A stretch of 57,633 nt of DNA. It comes from Nitrospinota bacterium (GTDB lineage Bacteria > Nitrospinota > Nitrospinia > Nitrospinales > JACRGP01). Location: positions 1 through 57,633 of the forward strand of contig JACRGP010000085.1 of the NCBI GenBank assembly GCA_016217765.1, given 5' to 3'. This document shows, one piece after another, positions 8,575 through 17,407 of this stretch (position 1 is the stretch's first letter; each line of letters opens with the position of its first letter). The position numbers and the translations under genes are program-made. A model generated the notes under the pieces. The model was not told the DNA's origin, searched no databases, and saw only the letters and a list, made by a program, of their open reading frames with translations.

Positions 8575-9621
8575 ATGAAATTCCACAACGTTTGCATCGA
8601 GGCCCTGGGATACAGCCTGCCGCCCAATGTTGCGACCTCGGCGGACATTGAAAACCGGCTGGCCCCGTTATACCAGAAACTCAAGCTCCCGTTCGGGCGG
8701 CTGGAAATGATGAGCGGCATCCGCGAGCGGCGGCTCTGGGACAAGGGCGCGTTCCCGAGCGAGATCGCCTCCCAGGCGGGCGAACGCGCCATCGTCAGGT
8801 CGGGGATCGACCGCGGGACGATCGGTTGCCTGATCTGCGCCTCGGTCTGCCGGGATTTCCTGGAGCCGGCCACCGCCTCCGTGGTCCACGACAGGCTCAA
8901 GCTCCCTAAAAACTCGCTGGTCTTTGACATATCGAACGCCTGTCTGGGCGTGCTGAACGGCATGGTCCATATCGCCAACATGATCGAACTGGGGCAAATC
9001 CGGGCCGGTCTGGCGGTCGCCGGGGAGAACGGCGGCCCCCTCGTGGACAACACCATCGAGAAGCTTCTCGCCAGCCCCGGCGTCACCCGCTCGACCATCA
9101 AAAAATCCTTCGCCTCCCTGACCATAGGGTCCGCCGCCGCCGCGGTGTTGCTCGTCCATAAGGATTTGTCCAGGACCGGACATCAGTTGCTCGGCGGCGT
9201 GGGGATGGCCGCGACCCAGTTCAACGATCTGTGCCGGGGGAGCGCCGACGCCGGGGTCCATCTCGATTCGGCCCCCTTGATGGAAACCGATTCCGAAACG
9301 TTGATGCGGGAAGGGTGCCGGCTCGCGGGCGAGGCTTGGACGTCTGCCAAGGCGGAGTTGCAATGGACCAACGCGGACGTCGATCGCGTGTTTTGCCATC
9401 AAGTCGGGACCATGCACCGGAAATTGTTGTACGAGACCGTCGGGCTCGACTTGCAAAAGGATTTTTCCACGCTGGAGTTCCTGGGAAACACCGGGGCGGC
9501 GTCCCTGCCCGTCACCCTGGCCCTTGGCGAGGAGCAAGGCTGTCTTGAGAAAGGCGATAAAGCCTGCCTTCTGGGCATCGGGAGCGGTTTGAATTGCCTC
9601 ATGCTGGGCGTCGAATGGTGA
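8575..9621 (+). CDS. KAS III-family thiolase, OleA-like (head-to-head Claisen condensing enzyme candidate)
   Basis: Cys/His/Asn motifs 'DISNACLG', 'CHQVG' and 'GNTGAAS'. 'RERRLW', 'SVCRDFLEPATAS' and the C-terminal 'LLGIGSGLNCLMLGVEW' resemble my recollection of OleA more than FabH. Confidence 0.7.
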   Translation: MKFHNVCIEALGYSLPPNVATSADIENRLAPLYQKLKLPFGRLEMMSGIRERRLWDKGAFPSEIASQAGERAIVRSGIDRGTIGCLICASVCRDFLEPATASVVHDRLKLPKNSLVFDISNACLGVLNGMVHIANMIELGQIRAGLAVAGENGGPLVDNTIEKLLASPGVTRSTIKKSFASLTIGSAAAAVLLVHKDLSRTGHQLLGGVGMAATQFNDLCRGSADAGVHLDSAPLMETDSETLMREGCRLAGEAWTSAKAELQWTNADVDRVFCHQVGTMHRKLLYETVGLDLQKDFSTLEFLGNTGAASLPVTLALGEEQGCLEKGDKACLLGIGSGLNCLMLGVEW

Positions 9622-10508
9622 ACGGCGTCTCCCTGGAACCATTCAAGGACATTTATCCGTTTCAATCACGGTGGGCCCAAATAGGCCCATACCGGTATCA
9701 TTACCTGGACGAGGGGAGCGGCGAGACCCTGTTGATGTTGCACGGCAACCCGACATGGTCGTTTTATTACCGCGACCTGGTCGCCGGATTGCGCGGCGGG
9801 TACCGTTGCGTCGTCCCCGACCATATCGGGTGCGGTCTTTCGGACAAGCCCCAGGAATACGACTATACCCTCGCGCGGCATATCGAGAACCTGGAATTTT
9901 TGTGCGAGCGCCTGGCTCTGCGTGACGTGACGCTGGTCATGCACGACTGGGGCGGGGCCATCGGCATGGGCTACGCCGTCCGCCATCCGCTAAACGTCAA
10001 ACGCCTGGTCGTCTTCAATACCGCGGCTTTCCTTTCCGAACGCATTCCCCTGAGCATCAACCTGTGCCGTCTGCCGGTCTTCGGCGCGGCGGCGATCCGC
10101 CTCTTCAACGCCTTTGCCCGGATGGCCGTCCTGCGCGCCTGCAAGCGCCGCGAGAGGATGACCCCAAAAGTCCGCGCCGGGTATCTCGCCCCGTACAACT
10201 CCTACGCCAACCGGGTGGGCAATTTGCGGTTTGTCCAGGACATACCGATGAATCCCAAAGTCCCCAGCTATTCCGTCGTCGAATCCATCGAGTCGCAACT
10301 GCAACAGTTCCGGGACCGTCCCACGCTGATGGTCTGGGGGAAAAAGGATTTTTGTTTTAACGATTATTTTTTAGAGCGGTGGAAGGCGCTGTTCCCGACG
10401 GCGGAAGTCCATGAAGTTCCCGACGCGGGCCACTACGTGGTGGAAGACGCCCACGAGCGCATCGTGCCCTGGATGAAATCTTTTCTTTCCCGGAATCCCA
10501 TGCAATAA
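9615..10508 (+). CDS. Alpha/beta hydrolase, haloalkane-dehalogenase-like (OleB-like)
   Basis: 'LMLHGNPTWSFYYRDL', 'PDHIGCGLSDKP', nucleophile elbow 'VMHDWGGAIG'. The ATG at 9615 overlaps the upstream stop (ATGGTGA). The ORF track's 9594 start is TTG. Confidence 0.8.
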   Translation: MVNGVSLEPFKDIYPFQSRWAQIGPYRYHYLDEGSGETLLMLHGNPTWSFYYRDLVAGLRGGYRCVVPDHIGCGLSDKPQEYDYTLARHIENLEFLCERLALRDVTLVMHDWGGAIGMGYAVRHPLNVKRLVVFNTAAFLSERIPLSINLCRLPVFGAAAIRLFNAFARMAVLRACKRRERMTPKVRAGYLAPYNSYANRVGNLRFVQDIPMNPKVPSYSVVESIESQLQQFRDRPTLMVWGKKDFCFNDYFLERWKALFPTAEVHEVPDAGHYVVEDAHERIVPWMKSFLSRNPMQ

Positions 10509-10526
10509 CGGGATCGGACGCCGCAT

Positions 10527-10833
10527 TTAGAGCGTCTAACAAAATGAATTGATGGTCTGACCCCACAAATGCCCCCCTCCCTTGAGGGAGGGGGCTGGGG
10601 GAGGGTGACCAGCGTGAACGCTGGACCCGACGCCGCCTCAGGCTGACGCCGAGGGCGGCCGGCGTGACGCCGGATTCATTACCGCCCCGGCGCAAGCGCG
10701 GGGCGGCATTGCCCACCGGGGGCGTCCCCGGTGTCATCGCCGCGTCGCCTCCGGGCGGTTGCCCGGCGCCCCCACCTAGCGCCCCGTCAAGGGGAAGGAA
10801 ACAAATGAACTTCATTTTATTAGGCGCTCTTAA
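10527..10833 (+). mobile_element. MITE-like element, copy A (~307 bp)
   Basis: Left end 'ttagagcgtctaacaaaatga'. The right end is its near-perfect reverse complement 'tcattttattaggcgctcttaa'. The interior is a chain of GC hairpins, nearly identical to copy C and, inverted, to copy B. Confidence 0.75.
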
Positions 10834-10849
10834 AACATGGAGAGGAAAC

Positions 10850-11716
10850 ATGGTCCGACGCGTCAGGCGCTCGCGGGGATTCTTGCCGGCGATGATTGTC
10901 ATGGGTTTGCTCGCGGTTTGGACGGCGGCGCCCGGCGGCGCCACTGAAGAGCAAACGGTCCGGGTGGCGGGTTCCACGACGGTACTGCCCGTCGTTTCCA
11001 AGTCCGCGGACCGGTTCAAGGTCTCCCATAAAGGCGTAACCGTTACCGTGAACGCGGGCGGCTCCGGCGTGGGCGTCAACGACGTCGGCAACGGGCGGGC
11101 GCAGATCGGCATGCTGTCGCGGGAGCTGACTCGCGAGGAGCGGGAACAATTCAAAAACGCCGGACTCAAAACGCACGCGGTCGGGCGCGACGCCGTGGCC
11201 TGCGTCGTCTCGTCGGAGGTGTATTCCGCCGGCGTCAAGACCCTGTCCAAGGAACAAATCCGCGACATCTATCTCGGCAAGATCGGAAACTGGAAGGACG
11301 TGGGCGGACCCGACCGGCGGATCGTCGTCATCGACAAGGAGACGCACCGCGGCACGCGCCACGTGTTCATGCAGTACGTGTTCGGGGACGAACAGGCGCG
11401 GGCCCCCGGCGCGCGGCTGGTGACCGGCTCGAATAACGAAGAGCAAACGAAGGTCGCGCAGAGCGACGCCGCCATCGGCATGTTGTCGATCGCCTGGATC
11501 AACCCGGACGTCGTTGGCGTCGGCATCCGCGACGGCGATCGGGTGATTCAACCCACGCTGGCCACCGTCCGCGACGGAAGCTTTCCCATCTCCCGGAACC
11601 TCAACCTCGTCACGGCGGGCGAGCCGCGCGGCGCCGTCAAGGAATTCATCGACTTCATCCTGGGCCCCGAAGGGCAAAAGATCGTCGAGGAGAGCGGTTA
11701 TGTCGCCGTCCGTTGA
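10850..11716 (+). CDS. pstS: Phosphate ABC transporter substrate-binding protein
   Basis: ATG at 10850 preceded by 'ggagagg'. Signal peptide 'MVRRVRRSRGFLPAMIVMGLLAVWTAAPGGA'. PBP motifs 'VAGSTTVLP', 'GGSGVG' and 'LSKEQIRDIYLGKIGNWKDVGG'. The upstream extension to 10664 in the ORF track runs through the MITE. Confidence 0.85.
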   Translation: MVRRVRRSRGFLPAMIVMGLLAVWTAAPGGATEEQTVRVAGSTTVLPVVSKSADRFKVSHKGVTVTVNAGGSGVGVNDVGNGRAQIGMLSRELTREEREQFKNAGLKTHAVGRDAVACVVSSEVYSAGVKTLSKEQIRDIYLGKIGNWKDVGGPDRRIVVIDKETHRGTRHVFMQYVFGDEQARAPGARLVTGSNNEEQTKVAQSDAAIGMLSIAWINPDVVGVGIRDGDRVIQPTLATVRDGSFPISRNLNLVTAGEPRGAVKEFIDFILGPEGQKIVEESGYVAVR

Positions 11717-12611
11717 TCCACAAGCAAACGGCCCCGAACGGAACGAGGGACCTTCCTCGGACCGCGGTCCGGCTTACTGGGTCTGCGCCTTTTTCGCGTG
11801 CGTTGCGTTTGGCGCGGCGGGAATCCTGCTGTGCTACCTGATCGGGGAGAGCCTGCCAGCGCTCCGGAGCCAGGGCTGGCCGTTTCTCTTCGGGAAGGAC
11901 TGGTTCGCCGGCGAGAAGTATGGGGCGTTGCCCATGATTTACGGTTCGGCCATGGCGACCGCGCTGGCCCTGGCGCTGGCCCTGCCCTTCGCGCTCGGCG
12001 GCGCCGTCTTCGTCTCGGAGTTCCTCCCCTCGCGCGCCCGGCTGATCGTGAAATCGATCATGGAGCTTCTGGCAGGGGCGCCAGGGATCATTTACGGGCT
12101 TTTGGGGATGTCCCTCCTCGCGCCCTGGATAAAGAACGCATTCGGCCTCATCGACGGCAACTCCCTGTTCGCCGCCGGAGCGTTGCTGGGGATCATGGTC
12201 CTCCCGACCGTGATGACTCTGTCCGAGGACGCTTTGCGAAGCGTTCCCGCGGAATACCGCGAGAACGCCATCAGCCTGGGATTGACGAAAACCGAGGTGG
12301 TATTCAGCGTCGCCGTCCCGCAGGCGCTTCCGGGGATCGCCGGGGCGGTATTCCTGGGGCTGGGCAGAGCCATGGGGGAAACCATCGCCGTCCTGCTGGT
12401 GATCGGCGGTATCGACCGGATCCCCTCGCCCTGGTACGACGTCTTTTCGCCGGGACAGAGCATCCCTTCCAAGCTCGGGCGCGAAGCCGCGGAATCCCTC
12501 GGCTACGGTCTGCATTGGAACGCGCTCATGGGGCTGGGGCTGGTCCTTCTGCTGATGACCATGGCCGTCGCGTTCGCGGGCAACTTGTTTTTGCGGAGGT
12601 CGCGCCCATGA
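11700..12611 (+). CDS. pstC: Phosphate ABC transporter permease
   Basis: Multi-pass permease with EAA-type loop 'LSEDALRSVPAEYRENAISLGLTKTE', located between pstS and pstA. Confidence 0.85.
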   Translation: MSPSVDPQANGPERNEGPSSDRGPAYWVCAFFACVAFGAAGILLCYLIGESLPALRSQGWPFLFGKDWFAGEKYGALPMIYGSAMATALALALALPFALGGAVFVSEFLPSRARLIVKSIMELLAGAPGIIYGLLGMSLLAPWIKNAFGLIDGNSLFAAGALLGIMVLPTVMTLSEDALRSVPAEYRENAISLGLTKTEVVFSVAVPQALPGIAGAVFLGLGRAMGETIAVLLVIGGIDRIPSPWYDVFSPGQSIPSKLGREAAESLGYGLHWNALMGLGLVLLLMTMAVAFAGNLFLRRSRP

Positions 12612-13456
12612 GACGCCGCATCGTCGATAACGCGGCGCGAGGCTTGCTGTTCCTGACCACGCTGGCGGGGTGCTCCCTGCTGGCGCTCATCCTGTTCGCC
12701 GTTGTCCGGCGCGGGTTGCCGTCCATGTCCATCGAGTTCCTGACGCGGGAGGCGCGCGACTTCGGCCTGGAAGGCGGGATCTTCCATCAGATTGCGGGGA
12801 CCCTGATCCTGACGGCCTCGGCAGGCATCGTCAGTTTTCCCATCGCGCTGGGCTCGGCCCTGTTTCAGACCGAGTTCCTCAAATCGCCGGGATGGAAGCA
12901 GACTCTCCGCATCGCGACTTATACCTTGAACGGCGTGCCGACCATCCTGTTCGGCCTGACCGGCTACATGTTTTTCGGAGCGTTCCTGGGCATGGGAGTT
13001 TCATGGGTCACGGGCGCGTTGATCCTGGCGGTCATGATCCTGCCGACCGTCCAAATCTCCGTCCTCGAAGCCATCGAGTCCATCCCCGCGCATTACCGCG
13101 AAACCGGGATGGCGCTGGGCCTGACCCCTTGGGCGCAAATCCGGGCCATCGTTCTTCCCCAGAGCTTTTACGGCATCGTCACGGGGGTCCTTCTGGGACT
13201 GGCCCGCGCCGCCGGAGAGACCGCCGCCATCATGTTCACCGCCACGGCGTTTTCCGGAGCCGGAATCCCCCGGTCCCTGAGCGGGCCGGTATCGACACTG
13301 CAAACCCACATCCTGGTCCTCGCCCAGGAGGCCGTCAATCCCAAGGCCGTCGCCAACGCCTGGGGCGCGGGGCTCGCGCTGACGGCGCTCGTCTTCGCGC
13401 TTATGCTGTCCGCGCTCTGGGCCCGGTCCCGGTTGCGGTTGGAGTCACATCGATGA
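12608..13456 (+). CDS. pstA: Phosphate ABC transporter permease
   Basis: The ATG at 12608 overlaps the pstC stop. 'VLEAIESIPAHYRETGMALGLTPWAQ' is an EAA loop. The ORF-track start at 11798 is an out-of-context extension. Confidence 0.85.
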   Translation: MRRRIVDNAARGLLFLTTLAGCSLLALILFAVVRRGLPSMSIEFLTREARDFGLEGGIFHQIAGTLILTASAGIVSFPIALGSALFQTEFLKSPGWKQTLRIATYTLNGVPTILFGLTGYMFFGAFLGMGVSWVTGALILAVMILPTVQISVLEAIESIPAHYRETGMALGLTPWAQIRAIVLPQSFYGIVTGVLLGLARAAGETAAIMFTATAFSGAGIPRSLSGPVSTLQTHILVLAQEAVNPKAVANAWGAGLALTALVFALMLSALWARSRLRLESHR

Positions 13457-14208
13457 ACGACACAAAACCCGCCATCGAGATCCGCGACGCGCGCGTCAGC
13501 TTCCACGGAAAAACCGTTCTTGAAAAAATCGACTGCGAGTTCCACCCGCGCTCCGCGACCGCCGTCATCGGCTCCTCCGGGTCCGGGAAAACCACGCTGT
13601 TGCGGACCATCGCCCGGATGAACGACGGGATGGACGGATTCCGGTTCCGCGGCAAGGCGTTCGTGCAAGGGAGCGATATCTACGGCAACGGGACGGACGT
13701 CTGCAGTCTGCGCCGAAAGGTGGGCATGGTTTTCCAGAAACCCTGCGTCTTTCCCAAAAGCGTTTTCGAAAACGCCGTGTTCGGGTTGAAACACCATCAG
13801 CCCGAACGGAAGAAGGAATTTCCCGAACTGGCCGAACGGTTCCTGCGCGAAGCGTTTTTATGGGACGAGGTCAAGGACCGCCTCCACCAACCCGCCGCGG
13901 TCCTGTCCCAGGGACAACAGCAACGGCTGGCCATCGCCCGCGCCCTTGCCGTCGGCCCCGAAATCTTCCTGATGGACGAACCCACGGCGTCGCTGGACCC
14001 CAAGTCCACGCAAGCGATCGAGGAACTGGTCCGCTCCTTGAAGGAAAAACATTGCGTCGTGCTGGCGACGCACAACCTGGGGCAGGCCCGGCGCCTGTGC
14101 GAGGAAGTCCTGTTCGTCAGCGACGGCCGGATCCGCGAATCCGGCCCGGCCGGCCGGGTGTTCGACAACCCGCTCGACGAAGAAGCCCGGGCCTATCTGA
14201 GCCAGTAA
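13453..14208 (+). CDS. pstB: Phosphate ABC transporter ATP-binding protein
   Basis: The ATG at 13453 overlaps the pstA stop. Walker A 'GSSGSGKTT', signature 'LSQGQQQRLAIARA', Walker B 'IFLMDEPTASLD'. Confidence 0.9.
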   Translation: MNDTKPAIEIRDARVSFHGKTVLEKIDCEFHPRSATAVIGSSGSGKTTLLRTIARMNDGMDGFRFRGKAFVQGSDIYGNGTDVCSLRRKVGMVFQKPCVFPKSVFENAVFGLKHHQPERKKEFPELAERFLREAFLWDEVKDRLHQPAAVLSQGQQQRLAIARALAVGPEIFLMDEPTASLDPKSTQAIEELVRSLKEKHCVVLATHNLGQARRLCEEVLFVSDGRIRESGPAGRVFDNPLDEEARAYLSQ

Positions 14209-14240
14209 GAAGTTTTCGTTCATTTTCACGAGAGGGCATG

Positions 14241-14320
14241 AGGTCCCCTGTTCGCGATCATACCCTGAATCCCCCCGGCCCCCTTTACAAGGGGGAGCAA
14301 TTCCATTTCTTCGTTATCCA
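14241..14320. repeat. REP-like module 'cctgttcgcg ... aatccccccggccccctttacaagggggagcaattcca'
   Basis: Lies between convergent pstB and the mutase gene. The same two sequence blocks recur at 32221-32232 and 32332-32372. It contains the hairpin 'ccccctttacaaggggg'. Confidence 0.65.
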
Positions 14321-14328
14321 ACACCGGA

Positions 14329-16071
14329 TCAGATCCTCCGGCGATACACGCCATAGACCTCTTGCAGGGCGCGGGTCCATTCGTCGATGGTCACGACCTT
14401 GACGACCGCCAGCGTCGCCTCGAAAACGTTTTCGCCCTTCTCGGCGGCGCTCCGCAGGCGGCGGACTCCGTCGCGGACCTTTTCCGGATCTCTCCGCGCC
14501 TTGAACCGGAGCACGTCGTCGCGGCGTTTCCGCTTGACGTCGTCGGGGATCTCGACCCGCGGGACGGCTTTATTTTCCTGTCTCCCCTCGGCATAGCGGT
14601 TGACGGCGACGATCGCGCGCGTCCCGTCATGGACCTGCTCGCCATACAGGGCCGAGGACCGCGCGATTTCGTCGCGGAAGAACCCTTCCGCCTTGGCCTG
14701 CCGGACGCCGCCGATCTCGTCGATCCGCCGGAAGTAGTCCAGTATCCCGTCGATCAGCCGGCGGTAGATCCGCGTCCGGCCCGAGGCGTCGCCCAGGTAG
14801 CCCATCATGTCCTTGAACCCGCCCATCTCCTCGAACAGGATCGATTGCGCGTCGGAAGCGATGCGGACGGCGCCCTCCGTCGGCGTGGTGATCGGCTCGT
14901 CGTAGGAGTTGCTGTGCAAGGCCTGCGGATAATTCAGCAGAGCGTAGAACAACTCCAGCGCCGTCCGGCTGATGTTGTCGAGGATTTCGCGCTCGTACAG
15001 ACTTCTGCCGGACGTCTGCACGTGGGCCTTCAACTTCTGCGCCGCGGGATCGTCCGCGCCGTAGGCGTCGCGCATGGCGACCGCCCAAACCCTGCGGGCC
15101 GCGCTGAGCAACGCGACGTACTCGATGTCCATCCCCGACGTGAAAAAGAACGGGAGACGCCTGCCGACGTCGTTGACGTTCATCCCGCGCGCCAGGGCCG
15201 CCTCGACGTACACGAAGCCGTTGGCCAGGGTGAATGCCGCCTGTTGCATGGGCGTCGCGCCCTTCTGCTCGATATGGTAACCGCTGACGTTGATGGGGTA
15301 ATACAACGGCGCCTCGCGCGCGCACCACTCGAACATGTCCATCGCCAGCTTTATGGATTTGTCCAGCGGGAACAACAACTCGTTCTGCGCGTCGTCCTCC
15401 TTGCAGGGGTCGGTCTGGGACGTGCCGCGGACTTTCCTCCAGTCCTGGCCCCGCTCCCGCGCCGCCTGCAGGCGGGCCGCCGTCATCCACAGCGAGGGGC
15501 CGTTGATGGTCATGGAGACGCTGACGTCGTCCTGAAAAAAACCGTCGTACAAGTCGAGCGCGTCCCGGTATGTGGAGACCGACACGCCGCCTTCGCCGAC
15601 ATCGCAAAAATAATCGGGGTCGTCGGCCCCGCGTCCGAGGAGGGTGTTCGTGTCGAACGCCGTGCTCAGCCGCTTGGACTGTTGCCCCTGCACGATGTAC
15701 CGGAACCTCCGGTTGGTCATTTCGGGAGTCCCCAGTCCGGCGAAAATCCGCGTGGGCTCCTCGTGCTCGCGCTTGCCGTCGACAATGAGAAACGCCTGCG
15801 GGTAGATGGACAAGCCATACGGGAACTCGCCGGGGAACCCCCATTCGCCCAGGTAGCGGGCGACCTGCGCCGGATGGTCGATATGCGGAACGGCGACCAA
15901 CGGAAGCTCGATGCCCGTGGGCAACGGCCGGGACCGGATGGCTCCGGTTTTCTCGCGCCAGGTTTTTTGCAGTTCCTGCCGGTAGGCTTCGTCGCGCAGA
16001 GCGCGCTCGACGGACGCCTCCACCTGGCGGTCGTAATCCTCGTTGGCCTTGACGATTTTGGATAACGTCAT
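14329..16071 (-). CDS. B12-dependent acyl-CoA mutase, substrate-binding (large) subunit, ICM/IcmF-like
   Basis: 'FPGEFPYG', 'RIFAGLGTPEMTNRRFRY' and 'KRLSTAFDTNTLLG' fit my recollection of isobutyryl-CoA-mutase-type barrels better than methylmalonyl-CoA mutase ('GLSVAFD'). Confidence 0.75.
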   Translation of the reverse strand: MTLSKIVKANEDYDRQVEASVERALRDEAYRQELQKTWREKTGAIRSRPLPTGIELPLVAVPHIDHPAQVARYLGEWGFPGEFPYGLSIYPQAFLIVDGKREHEEPTRIFAGLGTPEMTNRRFRYIVQGQQSKRLSTAFDTNTLLGRGADDPDYFCDVGEGGVSVSTYRDALDLYDGFFQDDVSVSMTINGPSLWMTAARLQAARERGQDWRKVRGTSQTDPCKEDDAQNELLFPLDKSIKLAMDMFEWCAREAPLYYPINVSGYHIEQKGATPMQQAAFTLANGFVYVEAALARGMNVNDVGRRLPFFFTSGMDIEYVALLSAARRVWAVAMRDAYGADDPAAQKLKAHVQTSGRSLYEREILDNISRTALELFYALLNYPQALHSNSYDEPITTPTEGAVRIASDAQSILFEEMGGFKDMMGYLGDASGRTRIYRRLIDGILDYFRRIDEIGGVRQAKAEGFFRDEIARSSALYGEQVHDGTRAIVAVNRYAEGRQENKAVPRVEIPDDVKRKRRDDVLRFKARRDPEKVRDGVRRLRSAAEKGENVFEATLAVVKVVTIDEWTRALQEVYGVYRRRI

Positions 16072-16075
16072 GGGA

Positions 16076-17377
16076 TCAGGAGTAATGTTCCGTCAGGAAC
16101 CGGTACAACCGGTTGACGCCCGCGTTACCGTGCTCGATGGCCGTGGTGAGGAACAACCTCTCCTCGGCAACCCTGCCCCGCAACAAACTGGAAACATGCC
16201 GCGCGCCGGGAAGCTCGCTTTTGTTCAGGGCCACCGTCGCCCCGGGGAGGTTCAACATTTCCTCTTTCGCGATTTGCGCGGCGCCGCCGATGTCCGGCGT
16301 GGCGACGAACACCGGCTTGTCGACCAAACCGACGATCCCGGAGTCCGGCTGGCCCGTCCCGTATGTCTCCACGAAAATCTCATATCCGGCGGCTTTTAAT
16401 ATCTTGATCATGTCGGGGAGGGCGCGGGCGATGCCCTGGCCATGACCGCGCGACGCGACGCTCCGGATATAGATCCGGCCGACGTCCACCCAGTTTTTGT
16501 CCGTGGCATATATGTACGCGATCCGGTCCGCCAGAAGCGCGCCGCCCGAACTGTGCGAACTCGGATCGACGGCGAGGATGGCGCACTTTTTCTTCCCGGC
16601 GCGGGCGTCCTTGAAAAACCGCAGGACGAGTTCGTCGATCAAGGCGCTTTTACCCGCCCCGCCGCGCCCCGCGATTCCGTAGACCGTCGTCCCGCTTTCT
16701 CCGGCGGGGGCGTCCAACTTCGACAGGAAACCCGCGTAGCGCCTGACTTGCGCCAGGACCTCCCGCGCCGCCGGGCCGTCTTTTTCCAAGGGACGATCCA
16801 GCGCCTCCCGCGCGGCCCGCGAGTCCTCCGGCCAATCCAGACCGGCCTTGATTTTTTCGAGCGCCGACTCCAGCCGGGCTTTTTCCTCGGCGACATTGAG
16901 CGCTTGCGAAATCGCCAGTTCGTTTCCGTCGAGGACGTCTTCGAGCAAGTCATCGGGATGGCCGTTGACCGCGGGGAAATCGTAATGTTCGCGAATGAAG
17001 GGCGCGACCAGATGCCCCTCGCCGCTCCGGAAGATTTTATCGATCCCCTCTTCCCGTTCGAGCGCTTCGATCTCCGGCGGGGTGATGGTCGCCCCGCCGC
17101 CGCCGACGATGTGGATGAAAGGATAATCCCGCCTCCTCAACTCGTCGCGCACGAGCCGGAAGAACGGCATATGGCCGCCGTTGTAGGAACTGATGCCGGT
17201 AAAATGGACCCCCTCCTGCACGACGGCCCGGACGAACTTGTCCACGGTCAAATCGTAGCCGCCCAGTATGACCTCGATACCGCCTTTTTTCATGATGTCG
17301 GCCACCACCAGAATGGCGGCGTCGTGGCCGTCGTTGCTTTTTACGCCGATGAACCCGCGAATTTTGTTTCCAGGCAT
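16076..17377 (-). CDS. Fusion of a B12-binding small-subunit domain and a MeaB/ArgK-type G-protein chaperone
   Basis: The N-terminus 'GVKSNDGHDAAILVVADIMKKGGIEVILGG' carries the DxHxxG-type cobalamin domain. The P-loop 'GIAGRGGAGKSALIDEL' resembles the IcmF G-domain. The stop lies 4 nt before the mutase ATG. Confidence 0.75.
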   Translation of the reverse strand: MPGNKIRGFIGVKSNDGHDAAILVVADIMKKGGIEVILGGYDLTVDKFVRAVVQEGVHFTGISSYNGGHMPFFRLVRDELRRRDYPFIHIVGGGGATITPPEIEALEREEGIDKIFRSGEGHLVAPFIREHYDFPAVNGHPDDLLEDVLDGNELAISQALNVAEEKARLESALEKIKAGLDWPEDSRAAREALDRPLEKDGPAAREVLAQVRRYAGFLSKLDAPAGESGTTVYGIAGRGGAGKSALIDELVLRFFKDARAGKKKCAILAVDPSSHSSGGALLADRIAYIYATDKNWVDVGRIYIRSVASRGHGQGIARALPDMIKILKAAGYEIFVETYGTGQPDSGIVGLVDKPVFVATPDIGGAAQIAKEEMLNLPGATVALNKSELPGARHVSSLLRGRVAEERLFLTTAIEHGNAGVNRLYRFLTEHYS

Positions 17378-17407
17378 AAAAGTTGGACGGGGGCATCCTC
17401 CCCCGTT

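Noticed and set aside
10664-10849. N-terminal extensions or ORFs reading through the MITE copies. Examples: the 350-aa pstS version, 10357-11268 (minus strand), 55702-56721, 55397-55747, and the 'MLDAL...' start at 49598.
   Set aside because: The same 'MTPDSL(P/S)PRRKRGAALPTGGVPGVIAASP' peptide is generated by copies A and C purely from repeat DNA. The orientation is reversed in copy B. Better starts with SD sequences exist downstream.
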